DNA of 64,000 nucleotides from Balanoglossus misakiensis (Eukaryota > Animalia > Hemichordata): assembly GCA_040954595.2 (NCBI GenBank), contig CM082594.2:9490296-9554295 (forward strand), in the 5' to 3' direction. Positions 62,689 through 64,000 of this stretch are shown in pieces; position 1 is the stretch's first letter, and each line of letters starts with the position of its first letter. The position numbers and the translations under genes are program-made. Below the pieces are notes generated by a model. That model was not told the origin of the DNA, made no database searches, and worked only from the letters and a program-made list of their open reading frames with translations.

Positions 62689-64000
62689 AAGTACATGTAC
62701 AGGTGCCGTAGCTTACAGGTTGATTTTCAGCATAATGTCCTTATGAAGAAGTAATAACCTATGAAACAACTTTAATAGTACAATTTCACTTCATTTTGTG
62801 TAATTTGACAGTCTTTGATAAATAAAATGCCCTGGAAAATGACAAATGGGATATGTTACCTAATATCAAAGCTTTATTGAGTGAAATATTATTTGCAATT
62901 TGAATTTTATACAATACCATAGCTAATGGTGAAACTTACAGGGTTACGCTTTGAGAACGTTTTAATGGGAAACTGGTATTGCATTTTAGTAAGTAAAAAC
63001 CCATTACAATATCATTTCCTTTGTTCATAAATTGTTCGTCTTTAGAGGTAATAGATTTGGAGTTCTTTGGAAACTTGAGTATGAATAAGTTAATGTGAAA
63101 GCATACGAGTTGACGTAAATATCTGGGTTTGTGAGTAAAGTCAATCTTGTGTAAATGTTGCGTTTAACATAGAAATTATCTGTATTGTCAAGTCTTTGTG
63201 CTTACCTTTTCAAGTTCATGTTCATACTTTTTATACTATTGAATGATATGTTACAATGGCTTCAGAAGTCAATGCCAAGTCACAAGGCATGAAATGCAGA
63301 TAACACAAGATAAGCAACATACTTACTAAATTGGTCTATAGCTATTCTGTCTTCCATCAATATCCATGGTTTTGAAATTTCTAGTGGCGCAGAATTCTGC
63401 TCTAGAAGTCTACATAAAAATCCTGATTTGTGGCGTACTCATTGTGGTCGTATAAAATTCACGTCTTTGTAAGAGTGTCCTTCCACCTGCCAATACTGGC
63501 GAATTAAAGACGTTATCGAATCACGCAAGAACCCCCTAGAAGTCTACGAATTGTCAAGCGTCTCGGGCCAATCAGTGGGTCCACTTCACTGCATTCAAAT
63601 AAAGAGTCGGGCTAATTGGATAGAGGGAACAGTTTATCTGATAGTGTATTTGCGATACACTGGGTCCAAAGGAAGGGGAGGGTCTAGTTGAATGCAGGGT
63701 TCAAATGGGACAGCCGATGACATTGACAGTGAGCAATGGTAATTCTAGCCCCAATTGCAGCAATGAACTTGATCCAAGGGTTGCTAATTGCATGGCACTG
63801 TATTTGATCTCATTGCATTGCACTCACTTTGTTTCAAGGGCACACAAATCTACAGATACAGTACCCTTGATCCAATCCACTGCAATGCACGCTAAATAAA
63901 ATCACATCACTATAAATTTGATGGAAACATTGCTGATGTTGCAAAGCGATAGAGCGACTTTGTACCAAGTCCATTTTGTCCTGTGAGCCTTTGAATTTTC

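Noticed and set aside
59000-64000. Possible further upstream exons of the minus-strand gene (donors near 60366 and 63205)
   Set aside because: No convincing coding frame or homology could be established by eye.

Overview
AT-rich, intron-dense animal DNA, most likely an ambulacrarian deuterostome (echinoderm or hemichordate; inferred from SURF modules). The + strand from 2500 to 38942 holds one complete clade-A-type fibrillar procollagen gene of about 66 exons and about 2,340 aa. Its layout is: signal peptide (MYSFVD...), VWC domain, six 4-Cys SURF-like modules, minor helix, major Gly-X-Y helix with exons colinear with vertebrate COL1A1/COL2A1, and a COLFI C-propeptide with all 8 Cys. The main finding is two adjacent 99-nt helix exons (29508-29606, 29683-29781) in the slot of vertebrate exon 31, the GFOGER integrin-binding exon. 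My hand count gives the canonical 338 triplets with one of them and 349 with both. They are separated by the gene's shortest intron and followed by a dense TGCATG (Rbfox) cluster, which points to mutually exclusive splicing inside the major triple helix. The start codon also sits in an apparent homologue of the vertebrate LARP6-binding collagen 5' stem-loop. Downstream are an orphan 115-aa secreted 10-Cys protein (+), a C21orf58/DUF4587-like gene (-) with probable alternative last exons, TTAA-flanked MITEs and short tandem repeats. All exon calls are manual, from splice consensus, phase and translation; none has transcript support.
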